DNA of 64,000 nt. It comes from Stegostoma tigrinum (taxonomy: Eukaryota). The stretch's first letter is position 1, and each line of letters opens with the position of its first letter. Below the pieces are notes generated by a model, which worked only from the letters and a program-made list of their open reading frames with translations, searched no databases and was not told the DNA's origin. This document shows positions 40,131 through 52,188 of this stretch, piece after piece. The stretch is from the NCBI RefSeq assembly GCF_030684315.1, contig NC_081396.1, positions 5,456,001 through 5,520,000 of the forward strand, given 5' to 3'. The translations under genes and the position numbers were made by a program.

Positions 40131-41935
40131 TTGTGTGAATTTGGAAAGTCTGCCTTGGAAATACGTGAAGATGTGCTATTAATTATTTTGAAGGCAGTGG
40201 CAGGTAGATTCTCAACAGACAAGGGAATCGAAGTTTATTGGAGAAAGGTAGGCATGAAGAATTTCCTAACTCATATGCCCGTATGTCTCAGACAAGGTTA
40301 GTTTATTGTTTATTTCTAGATTTCAATTATAACAGCAAAGTTTTTCTCCTCTGCCTTTAGTCACTATAGTTCGTAGAGTAGAGATGTTTCACAGCAGCAC
40401 GAACAAGAAATTTGATAAATTACGACAACAGGCGATACTTGACTCAAATTTTGATCAAAGCATTAGTGTAACAGGAATATCCTAAAGAGAGAAGAAAACT
40501 CTAAGCCACAAAGGGTCGAAATTGCAGAGAACAGATTTCCATAGCTGAGGGCATAACCACCAATGATGGAAAAATTAATATCAGGGATTTTAAAATGGAG
40601 AAATTACACATTCACAAAAATCCCAGATGCCTGCGAAATTATCCAGGGCAGAAATTTCTGGATTGTCAAAGTATTTAAAAATTCGGTGGAACTGATTATT
40701 GAAACCGAGAGCGAGCCAAATGATGAATAAGTGCTGGTCTGCAAAGCAGAGGATTTGTTGCTGAATGCGTTTAGATATGAATATAACACTGGCCACAAAT
40801 TGTTCATGTTATACTTGTGTGCAGTAGATCGACACGAATTGACTCACTTGCCAGAGAGTGGAGTTTGCGTCAGAGACTGACTGCAGTGACCCCCTGACAA
40901 TTGTTGAATCCAACATTGGATGCTGAAAATTAACTTAGCTTTGGAAGAGGCAGTGTTACAAGTGGCAAAGGGAGGAATTGGAAAGGTTTCAGTCAAAGGA
41001 AGGATAAGGAAAATCTCGTGCTTACTGTCTCGTCAATAATTTTCCTCTTTTTCTCTCCACGACAACTTGTTGGCCATTTTGACCTTCTCGTAGGCACTGA
41101 CTGTCAGTGCGTTACCTGTTGTTTGGTGGTGATAGCAATGACTCACTTCCTCATCAACATCATTGTCTTCATTATAAGCTGAATTTGTGACACTTACTTT
41201 CATGAAAGTGTCATGTCCACTCCTCCGACGACGACGACGCTCAGTAATGTCCTGGTCATTTCAACCCGGATTGCTCTGACTGGCTGACGGTAGCTTTCAC
41301 CATTGACCATTTAGTTACGATCTATTGCCAGAGCCAGAGCACCAGATAATGCAACGGAAAAACTGCTTTCTGGCCGCAGGAATTGTTTGTCTACTGAGCT
41401 GCATTAAGAACCTTTCTTTCTACTTAACATGCTGGAAGAAGAGCTTTGGTTCCATGGCCTTTCAAGTCAGCCTTCTACACCTCGCCCACGGGGCAGACTT
41501 ACCAACGGCTGGACTGTATCTTTACCCATTTCTCCCGTTCCTCCTCATTCTGCTTTTCAATGCCATGACCATTAGACACATCATGGCAGCCAGCCAAGCC
41601 TGCATAGGTTTCTGGGTTGATGATAAACGCAAAGACCCGGAGGTATTGAATCACAAAATGTCAATTCTCCTTTTCTTCAACATCTCTCTTTGCTCTCATG
41701 CTGTGAGGCAACTATGTTTGGCATTTCCTTTTCTATGAAGCTGAGCTTCAGTTGTCTGGATTTCAATGATCCGCAGTCCATCCTTTCAGATGTGTTGAAT
41801 ATCTTCCTAGTACTCAGCTCCTTCAACATCGTCTTCATCTAAGCAGTGACCAAAAAAAAAGCTCCAACAGAAGATGAAGAACCCACACCTCTGCCCAGCC
41901 GTCACTGTCATTTTTTTTCCTTTAAATTGTGAGAA
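39132..41935 (+). pseudogene. GPR139-like GPCR pseudogene. Exon 1 39132-39201; exon 2 about 41062-41935.
   Basis: 70-nt exon 1 MHEPAISSFFAIFYLIPPAVDLP-G with donor GTTAGT. The exon 2 acceptor is degraded (ccacga). Exon 2 reads NLLAILTFS..WLTVAFTIDHLV..LSCIKNLSFY..PFLPFLLILLFNAMTIRHIMAAS..DPEVLNHKMSILLFF..DFNDPQSIL with stops and frameshifts. Confidence 0.9.
40067..40105 (+). repeat. (CT)n microsatellite
   Basis: Read directly from the sequence. Confidence 0.95.
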
Positions 41936-44189
41936 ATTAATAATACATTGTAATATATTCTTACCCCTCCATCCAACTTTTATTGCCCTCTACACCTTTG
42001 CATTGTTTGTCATCTATCCAGGTAGCTCACGGTGAAGAACTTTATCTCAGTCATCTGAACCATAAACTTGAGGTGTCAAGTTATATTCCAAAGATGCATA
42101 CTGTATATTTCAGGGTCTTACCGTACAGACCAATCCTGGTCGTCAGTACTGAAGGAGTGTGGTATTGTCAGAGATATAATTTATTTGATTTAGACTGAGG
42201 TGCTTATCGGCCTTCTGAATGATTCCAAGGGTTCATCATGCAAGAACAAGAGAGGTTCATTCTTAAGATCTGGATCGGTATTACTTTTCCACAACTCTTT
42301 CACACACTGCAGAAATCTTTTTTTCACTTTAACCTTTTGATCGAAATAGAATATTGATCGAAATGGAAACTCCTTTGCTTTAAAATAAATTAAGCTTGTT
42401 ATCGAATCTGCTATCAGGCTGGAAGCCGGAATTGACCAGTAAAATTCAAACTGTGGTTGAATAAATAAATCATAAGGTCAAATTTGGGGTAAAGTATCAA
42501 GGTATGTATCTATATAGCCAATTCTTTCAAATATCAGGCTTTGGCATGGTGGCTCTGCCTCTCTTCTTTGGTCGTGAACATTACATTCTACCACTTCAGG
42601 ACAACCCAAAGTCTGTCTCAGTGCAAGCGGTATTTTCTGAAGGACAGATAAAATTGTGTTAAATGTAAAATTCTGTAGTAAATGTGAGCACCAATAGGTC
42701 CCAATTTAATTAGCGTCACCTAAAACTAATAATCTAGTAATTGTTTTGTGAGATGTGTAGGTGAGTAAAGGATGAGTAAACATTACATCGAAAGGGGATA
42801 TTCAGATGTAATTGACATGCCAGGAAATGATATAAATGGGTCGCAGTGGAACTGTGACTCAATTATCCATTCAACGGCGCAGAAAAACGTTTTTGGTACA
42901 CCGTTTGAATTTTGCTTTGTGCAATTTAGGATATGTCGAAGATGTAATGATAATGCCACTGGAATGACAATATTCTGGGAAGGGACGTTTAAATGGCAGG
43001 CGGTCAAATGCGGATTCAGCAAATAACAAAATTTATCCGAATTGCAACCAATTAAGCACTTTTTTTTGTTAATTAAGAAAAACATCTCGTTCACTAATGT
43101 CCTTTAGGGAAGGAAACATTTGCACATTAATGGCCAGGCTTTCCAATGATTCCAAACCCATAATGTTTTTGACTTTTGATTATTATCAGAGCAACCAGGC
43201 CGTTGGCCACATCGCAAGAATAAATTTGAAAAGTAAAGTCATTCAAAAATAAAATAAAGTTAAAGAAAATGGAATTAATCGGTCCTTGAACGTGCTATCT
43301 GTTATCTAGTAGTCTCATTTGGTAGAATATTTGCTTTAGCTAAGCGTGATATTTTCATTTGGTCTTTTTAAGTGGAGAATATGGAGACACAGCAATATGA
43401 TCTACTCAACATTACCTAATCAATCGACCAGCAGAAGAAGCCCATTGGCTTTGGATTGATCGAAAGAAATGTCAGGGAGCCACAGAACCCTGTTGGCGCA
43501 GAATTGTCCTCCTCACTGATGTTTGACGGCTTGTGTCACAATTTTTAAGCCTGACTCACAAGCAGCAGTCTGCTATTATCAAGCGCACCAAATCATACAT
43601 TATAGCCAATACTGTGTTACCAGAGTTGTGATCAATGACGTATCAAATCTCACGAGTATGGGAGATGCAGTAACATAATGGTGAGTTGTCTGGAATAAGT
43701 GGCAGAAGCAATATCCACAAAAATGGAGACCCGGAGACATACATAAGTAAAGAGATACATTAAGTAACAGATATTAAACAGAAGCCTTTTCTTTTCCTGT
43801 ATATGATTAATATTGGATCATTTATATTATATCGCCTCTCCTAAGTCTACACCCAAAAAATATAGATTCACAGGTGTAAGTAGTGCAGTTCTCCTTTCGA
43901 GTGTCTGTACTTTTCATCAGACTGTTTGTATCCTCGTAAGGTATACTCGAATTCTCTTCCATCTTTACTATATCATCAATTTTAGTGTCACTAGCAAGTT
44001 TCGAAGTTATGGCCCTTGAATTAAACTCTTACTCATTATTCATATAGAAAACGTTTTATTTCTTTCTTCATGCAGGCAATGGTCCAGACATCACTCGTTA
44101 AATTGCCCCATCATCATTCTTATCATACATTGAGCAGTTTCATAGACTTGTATATGTATCTATATTTCTCTGTGCATCTGATTTTGCTC

Positions 44190-44710
44190 ATAACTCTGTG
44201 TGAGTATGCATCTCTGTGCGATCATGTCACTGAGTGTGATACAACGTCAGTGTGGGTGAAAACATATCTGTGTCTGTGCATGCGTGTATGAGAGAAACAG
44301 AGCATGTTTGTGGGTGTATGTGAACATATCTGGGTTCATACAAGTGAGATTTGCAAAGTGTGTGAGAAGTTTTGCGTGTTTCTGTGCCTCTGCTTATAAG
44401 CGTGTATCTGTACATCTGTGAGTATATTTGTCGCTTCGTTTGTGTTTGCAAGCAGACTACTATGAGTGAAAGATCACATGTGTTCTTCATTGTCAGCATG
44501 CGTGTGTGAGAGAACATATTTGCGTTTTCATTTGTGAGCATGTGAGTATACCTGTGTGTTTTTGTAAGCATGTGTGTGTTTGTGGGTCTGTGTGCATGCG
44601 TGTGCATATTTGTGTGCGTGTGTGTATGTGTGCTGACATGCACACATACCCATGTGTGCCTGTGAGGGAGACAGAGGGAAAGAGATAGAGTGTGTTTGTG
44701 TTATTGTGCG
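44190..44710 (+). repeat. Degenerate (TG)-rich low-complexity tract
   Basis: Read directly from the sequence. Confidence 0.85.
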
Positions 44711-46689
44711 TTCTCGATGACGGGTGTGAAGATTCAGGGATCACAGTCTAAGGATGTATATTGGCCACTTACAACTGAAATGAGTAGGAAGTTCTTCACC
44801 CACAGGACGGGGAGCATATGGCATTCACTGTAACAGAAGGTGGTTGACGTCAAAACACAAAATATTTTCAGGAAGGAGATAGACATTGTTCATAGATCTA
44901 AGAGGATCAAAGGACATGGGGGGAGCACAGGAATAGAATGCTGAGCCGGATGATGTGCCATGAACATATTAAATGGTTGAGTCTGCTCTATGGATCGAAT
45001 AGCCTACTGATTGTCCTATTTCCTGTATTTCCATGCTTCTAATTAGCGTGGTCGGTAATTTCATAACGCTTTTGAACTTGGTCCTCCCAGCCAAGAAATA
45101 GCGATATTACCATTGCACAACAAGTGTCACTCGTACCAATTCAATCTCTCTCTGTCTGCACCGACTGAAGAAACGCCTTTCACGGGCTCCCACTCTCCTC
45201 TATTAGGGAACACAGGAGTTCTAGGCCTGAGGTACCTCTCCCTCGACCCAAAACACTGTCAATACCCTCTGAAGAAGCAATTTGTTGCTCTTGTATAAAC
45301 TGTTAAAATGATCAGGAATTATTTACCATGATAACAGCAAACATAGAACATCTCAGCCAGAACTGAAAGCATCACGCAGGACCAGGAAAAAATCTCATAT
45401 TCGTCTGCATCTGAATATGTATGTTCTCTTAAATACTGGCTGCAGGACTACAATAGCCACACTCCTTAGTGAAACATGTAAGATTCTTCGGGGGATTGAT
45501 GGCTTGAATGCCGAAAACTAATGTTTCACTTCCTGAACACGAGAATTACAAGCCAGTAATATATGTTAACCATTAACAAATCCACATAAACTTCTCTTCC
45601 CGACAAGTACCCAGATAATGGCAATGAAGACCCGAATCCCAGCCAGTTAAGCTAGCTGTGCATTTTGCAACTAGGATTATACACCCTATTTGCGCTACTT
45701 CCTCACGTCAGCTCGCCAAAACAAGAAATAACATTCTCCAATGAAAAGCAGCTTTAGGTGGAACACAAGCTGGGGCATGAAATAAATAGTGAGTTGAAAT
45801 AGTCTCACAATCTGCGCGTGCACAGTTTTCATTCACTAAAACTAACAGATCCAATGACTGCATCTACTGGGAATAGGCATGAAAAACAACAAAATCCCAA
45901 TCTTCAGCTTTCTGGTTCTTTGGAAACTCTTTGGGAAGAAGAATCAAAGGAGAATGAAGAGCGAAGTGTCTGATTGAGCAGATGCAGTCAAGGAACTTTC
46001 CCCTTTTTTAAGAGGCTGACTTTCTCGCGTATATTAAATGATCTGGGATATTAAAAGATTATCGTTTCTGCACATCAGGAATTCAAATTTCATCTTGGTT
46101 TTCGGTGAGAAAACACAGTTTAGAAGATGCAAAAATAGTGAAAACAGACAGAGTACAATCAAGCTGTTTCTCTTTGATCAGAAGTGCAGCATAAATGTAA
46201 CGCTCTGTTTTACTAATTGGAATCATAATGTTGTAGTTTTTACTTCTTGCACAGCAATGTTCGGCATTCACTCCAGCTCTGACAGACCCATGTTGCTGTA
46301 ACTGAATGTATGAGAGGTTGGCTAAGAAGAACCATGATTTGTGTCTCTGATTCGGTCAGCCTTCTTGTTAACATGTATTTAAATATCAATTTCTTCCCTT
46401 TTTTCTTCCCTCCGACCCTCCATTCTTTCTGTCTTCACTCCGTTCTCTCTAATCTCAGGGGTGCCAGGGCTGTCTTTCCTGATTTTTCCGCCACAGTGCA
46501 CTTCTTTGTCCTTCACCCTACCCTTTTTTTCTCCTAAAACCTAACTCAAAAAGGGATCTGTTTGGCACGAGGCCTGCCGTCTTAACTTATCAGAGACAAC
46601 GTGGATGAAGAGACAGTCGGTCTGCCTCTGAAGCTTGGAGCGGAATTATGGCTTCAACATGGAGTATGTCCTGATGGCGGTATGGTGTG

Positions 46690-46850
46690 GGTTGGAAACC
46701 CCAGAGTGGGACATTCTCTCAGCGACATGGTTTGAGCTCGGAAGCCTGAAGTGGGACAATTACTCGGCACTATGGCATAGACTAGGAAACCCGAAGTGTG
46801 TCACTCTCTATGGCATTGGCATGAGCCGGGAAACCCAAAGTGAGTTTCTG
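46690..46850 (+). repeat. About 45-46-bp minisatellite, four diverged copies
   Basis: ggaa(a/g)cc..aagtg recurs at about 46693, 46740, 46785 and 46829. Confidence 0.65.
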
Positions 46851-47089
46851 GTGGCAGCAGTGCAGAAGGAAATGTTGCACTCTCTTTAAGATTTTTTTTT
46901 TAATTCTGCGAATGGCACTGATGTATTAGCAACGGCACACACTTTTCACTGTATTCTTTATTTGAATCATGTGACAATAAAGGATATTCAGTTCAAGTTT
47001 AAAAAGCTCCAAAAAGACCTCAAAAAACTTGTCCAAGTATTTGAACTCCATTCGACTGTGAATGGTCTTTTCGGGTTCCCTTATATTGT

Positions 47090-47450
47090 TTTGAATTATG
47101 CTGTTCGATTATCCTTGGCCGTTTCCCAGTTACCACTGCTTTGGACGACCAATACTTTACATTCAATTGCCCTGTATTCATGGTGAACTGCTCTAATTAT
47201 GCTGAGCTTTTACTTGCGATGAACTTATCTTGAAATCCAACTTCAGTTTCATTGAGTGTATTATGCCAATGCTCCCTTTGGGAAACATGCTCCTCACCAC
47301 ATCTCTGCGTTCATACAGCACTTGATCCTGTCTTAATTGTCAGTGCACTGATGCCTACCCATCATAATATCACATTAGACCTGTCACTGACGACACTGCA
47401 TTTGGTGTTGCCACAGTTTGCGGACACAGTTGCACTCATTTCATCATATT
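47090..47450 (-). pseudogene. Decayed V-like relic, inverted
   Basis: Reads KCSVVSDRSNVIL*W(fs)RHQ...EVGFQDKFIASKSSA*LEQFTMNTGQLNVK, resembling the GF.DRF.A strand of the 33 kb V. Confidence 0.3.
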
Positions 47451-48764
47451 AAGTTGATGATATTCAATTGCCAGTGGTATTGGCATTCTTTCAGACATGG
47501 TGCCTTATGTGAAGACATGTTTAAATATTTAATGAGGTGATGGTTCCTCTGTTCGTGTTACGCAAGTGCGTTTGTTAACAGTTACTTTTCTGGAATCATA
47601 TAAATTAGAACACATGGTTTTGCACAATATGAAATTCTACTATCGTTAACAATGTAGCATTACAGTGTAATAAAATGCGGTAATGAAAGTGTATTCTTAA
47701 AAGACAATTTTTATATTAGATGAATTGCAACTTAAATATACATTCATTGCTTACAGTAACTTTCACTGTGACCCTGGAAAAATGCAATGATTGCAAACTA
47801 GTACAAATTGCAGTTCCATTATTGCTGTCATCTCAGATTTTGTCTGTGCAGTTATACAAAATTGAGATTTTAATTTATTATGGACGTTATCGCCATCATC
47901 AAAAGATGTTTGACCACGTTTGAATTTAATAATAAAAAGTTGTACTAAATGTCAACTTTTCTAATGGCGACAATGTAACCATTATTCATTGTCGTACATA
48001 CTCATCGTGTTCAGTAATGTCCTTTAAACAACAAATGTTGTTGTACTTCCCTAGTCTGGTCAACATTTGACTTCAGAGAAGCAGAAGTCTTTTGGCAACT
48101 TACTACCGTTTGAAATAGCCTAGAAAGCTATTCATTTGGTAGGCGATATGGGATAATGTAGTAAACGCTGCACAGCCTGAGATGTCACACGAATTGAACA
48201 AGAAGTTAGATTATAAAGTGCCACATGAAAAACTTAAGACAAACAAAGCTAATCAGGGGTGGTATTCAGGAAGGTTTCCACTGGAAGCTGAAGGTCGAAC
48301 TGCCACTGATAGGCTGACTAATAGGAAGAATTGAGGAGCGTGCAGAATTGTATGGAAATTTAGACTTTTAGGGTGGGTGGAGACAGGTGATGGAGGTAAT
48401 TGAAAATCTAAAGGGTGAGACTATTAAAAACCAGTTTTGCCTGACATGAAACAAATGTATCGCTGATGTTGATGTTATTAATAAGGACTAGGAAAAGAAA
48501 TAAACACATTTTAGGTGAGATTAAGACTGATGGATTGACAATCGGTGGGCAGAGAATAGAGTTTGTATTGGGACTGACCAGACTGATTGCTATATTTCCA
48601 AATGTATAACTCAGCGCTGAATGTTGAACAAAACCAACAGTTCTGAAATACATGGAATCAGGGTAGTAAAAGGACGGACGGGGATGGGGAGTGGAGGTGG
48701 GGTAATTAACTGGTGTTTGAAATTTATTCAGTAACACAGTAACAAAACGTTTTAACCGGTGAAA

Positions 48765-49115
48765 ATCACTACACCTGACTTCCTTGTCATCATAGATGGC
48801 TGTATCCTTAACCAAATTGATAGCATAGACATCAGCAACAATGCCAGTCCACTGTCCAGAAACAGTGTGCTCTTCCATGCTTTCAGGTTTCATTTCACAT
48901 GTGGAACAAAACTGTGTACATGTCAGGCCGTATGAGTCCCTTTCAACATTACTGCGTTCCACTGGGTGTGATTCAGAGCTTGAGTCACTTATGTATGTGC
49001 ACAGTTGCCAATCAGGAAATGGAGATTTCTTCCTTTTGTGTGAATTATCAGAACGAAAACAAATTCCTGGTTACAAAAAAGTCACCAAAGCTGAATCTGA
49101 CAGAATCAGTTCTGT
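48765..49115 (-). pseudogene. Decayed short V-like relic, inverted
   Basis: Reads VTQALNHTQWNAVMLK(G)THT, frameshift, KPESMEEHTVSGQWTGIV..INLVKDTAIYDDK. DTAIY-D-D-K is one to two substitutions per codon from DTAIYYCK. Confidence 0.35.
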
Positions 49116-50026
49116 GAGGGTTTGATAATGCCGAGAGGGACAATGGCAGGAGAGACATGTTAAAACTGCCACCCTCAAGTCCCCCTCCAAGTGACGCACC
49201 ATTCTGAGTTGGAAATGTATCGCTGTTCCTTTAGTGCTGTTGGATCTAAATTCTGGAAATCACTGCTTAATAGCATCATGGTTGTACATATGTACGAAGG
49301 AGTTCAAGTGTTCAAGAAAGTATCTCATTGTCTCCATTTCTGTGATAACTAGGGATGAACAAAAACTCCTGACCAGGTAAGACATGTCTATCTCCCAAGA
49401 TTCTGTTTATAAAAGCTGACTTTTCTGGTCAGAGACCTGCAATTGATAAGGAAGACCATTGCAAAGCAATGAAAACTGAGAGGCATGAGGCACGAAGTTA
49501 GTGTGGATCTGATTATGCAAGGCTCAGTGCAGTTACTAATGAGTCAGATTTTCCTATCCATTAATTACACTGGCCTATGCATCACTCGATCAATTAACCA
49601 CAATGAGGTTCCTCTTGTGAGGTCCCCTCTGCGTGTAATGACGCAGTTAATAGACTCCAAGAGGATGAAGCCACTGCCTTTATCCAATTAGTTCAGCAGA
49701 TGAAACTATCAGTTTCAAATCAATGCAAAGGGAGATTCTCTAATTCTCTGTGACAATTTTCACTTGTGAATTCTCTGTTTTTGCAAAAGTGAAAGGAAAT
49801 TGACATTGTCTCTCAGCAACATTGGAACAAAAGAAAAACTGTGTTGATGTGGCTGAGCGGTTAAGAAAATGGGCATATGGATGGGCAGAAACCCAATGCT
49901 GCAGCTTACTTGGTCAAATATTCCTGACTAGTAAACAGGAGGACCTCAATAATCTTCTCACAAATTACATTTGTTGATCAAAACTGGTGATGTGGTGGGG
50001 AGCAAATATTGATTGTACGTGTCTCC

Positions 50027-50810
50027 TGTAGCCTTCAGCATCCCGACAGTGTGGAAACAGGCCATTCAGCCCAACATGCTCACACTGAGTCTCTGAAGAG
50101 CATTCAATTCTCCTATCCCTGATTTCCCCACGTCTAACCCACCAAACCTAAATATCACTGAACACAATGGGCAGTTTAGCATGACCAATCCACGGGCACT
50201 GCACATCTTTGGACTGCGGAAGAAACAGGAGCACCCGGAGAAAACTCCTATCGACAGTCACCCAAGGCTGGAGTTGATCCTGGGCCCCTGGTACTGTGAG
50301 GCAGTGGCGCTAACTACTGAGCCACTGTGCCAACGCCACCCTCCAATTTTTAACTAACACAACTTGGGATAACTTGTAGCACAATCAGCCAACTACCTGT
50401 AGCATTTAGAATCCCTAAAGTGTGGGAACAGGCCATTCAGCCCAACATGCACACACTGTGTCTGAAGGGCATCCCATTCCCCATCCCTGATTTCCCCACG
50501 TCTAACCCACCAAACCTAAACATCCCCGAACATCATGGGCAATTTAGCATGGCCAATCCATGGACACTGCACATCTTTTGACTGTGGGAAGAAACATGAG
50601 CACCCGGAGGAAACCCCTATAGACAATCACCTACGGCTGGAATTGATCCTGGCCCCGGTGTTGCGAGACAGTGGTGCTAACCACTGAGCCACTTTGCCAA
50701 ACCCACCCTCCAATTTTTAATTAACACAGCTCAGATAACTTGTAGCACAATCAGCCAACTACGTGAAGCCTTTAGCATCCCTACAGAGTAGGAAGAGGCC
50801 AATCAGCCTC
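50027..50810 (-). mobile_element. Tandemly duplicated HE1/V-SINE-like element with flank (about 370-bp unit, 2.1 copies)
   Basis: Unit starts at about 50027, 50398 and 50764. Each full copy has the tRNA-derived head (gtggctcagtggttagcacc) on the minus strand. Confidence 0.8.
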
Positions 50811-52122
50811 TGTTTGAACTAAACGTGCAATTGTTCAACTGCTCCCGTTCCTGTAGCCTGGGTTAGTCCTTCATCTGTGGCTTTTGATTCTTGTTACTTT
50901 ATGAACTATAATACATAGATGATCGCGAAGTTTTTTCCTCTGATCCACAATGACTTTTTCTTCTTCCCGTTTCTTTTTGCTACTCCTTCATTCTCAGTTT
51001 CTTGCGAATAAGGAGGAGAGACAAGATAAACTGCAGAGTGATCAGGGAACGTTGTGGTAAAGGTGGAGAAAAGACGAGCCAATCATTCTCGTTCTCTAGT
51101 GTGAATATTAATTAATTTTACACCACCAGTAAAGCTGTCATTGTAAATTCTGTAATTGTTTTCGGACTGACTTGATGTTGGATTAGAAATTACACCAAAC
51201 TAGACCTATGTAAGACTCTGGTCAGGGTCTTACTCCCACATGATACGACCACACATCAGGCCTTGACATCGCAGGTTAAACTGTTGCACACCACCTGTTG
51301 TTCTCCACTAGTTGTCCTCATTCGTCGCTAATCATTTTCCCAGGTTGACAGTTATCTATCCCTTTGTATATCCAGCAGTTGTCCTCTTTCTTTGAGCTCT
51401 ATTTCCATCTATCATTTACTCTTTACCCCCTTCAGAATACAAAAACATTTTTTTTCTCGTACCTAACATCAATTCGGGGGAAGGGGCAACCGACCCAAAA
51501 ATGTTAAATCCGATTTCTCTCCACAGATGCTGCCAGACCTCTGAGCTTTTCCAGAAATATCTGTTTTGGTTTCTGATATGGGGGAGGCAGGAAAATAAAG
51601 ACAATGAAAAGAGATAGGGAGACATTGGAAGGAATAATTTCCCACCCGACTTGCACATTAACCATATCAACAAAACTATAAGACAACTACATAAGCACAG
51701 CCCTTTGTCACCTCAGTGCAATGGAAGGAGTATTTAGAGTTGATTAATTTTTACAGTTATAGAGTTGACTGTTGTAATTTAATTAGATAAATATGCTAAT
51801 TCGGCAGATAAACATGAAATTTTACCCCAACATTTCAAGTTGCAGCTGCATAACTAACCTAATTCTGAAGAAACGCCACAAAATGTGAGCACAAAATGTT
51901 CACTCTGTTTCTCTGCCCACAGATGCTGCTTGGCCTGTTCCATTTCCCCGTAAAAATTCAGCTTTCTTTTGCAGATTTTCGAAATCCATCGTTATTTGCT
52001 TTTAAATAACATGAAAATCGTTTGAATGATGAGAAATTTTTGATGGTTCCACTGCTGATTTCTTGCTTCTTAAAATCAGTTTTAAGAATGTTGTCAGCAC
52101 GAGAAAGTCGCAAAAACTCCCA

Positions 52123-52188
52123 TTCCTTGACCGGGAATCGAACCTGGGCCACAAGCAACTAAACACAACGCATTACACCAAAGCAGAA
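52123..52188 (-). pseudogene. tRNA-Glu-like pseudogene or tRNA-derived fragment
   Basis: The minus strand ends GTGGCCCAGGTTCGATTCCCGGTCAAGGAA, like the tRNA-Glu T-arm and acceptor, followed by a T5 run. The anticodon arm is degraded. Confidence 0.5.

Noticed and set aside
44227-44744. His/Thr-rich ORFs
   Set aside because: Translations of a degenerate (CA/TG) tract.
46050-46140. J-like text LVFGEKTQFRR
   Set aside because: FGxG is broken, there is no recognisable heptamer, and no GT donor at the expected position.
46690-46850. Regularly spaced repeats superficially like a CRISPR array
   Set aside because: Whole units are homologous with no unique spacers, the context is vertebrate, and there are no cas genes.
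48408-48962. 184-aa minus-strand ORF as a protein-coding gene
   Set aside because: Non-ATG start; only the DTAIY-containing part is interpretable (as a V relic) and the rest is read-through.
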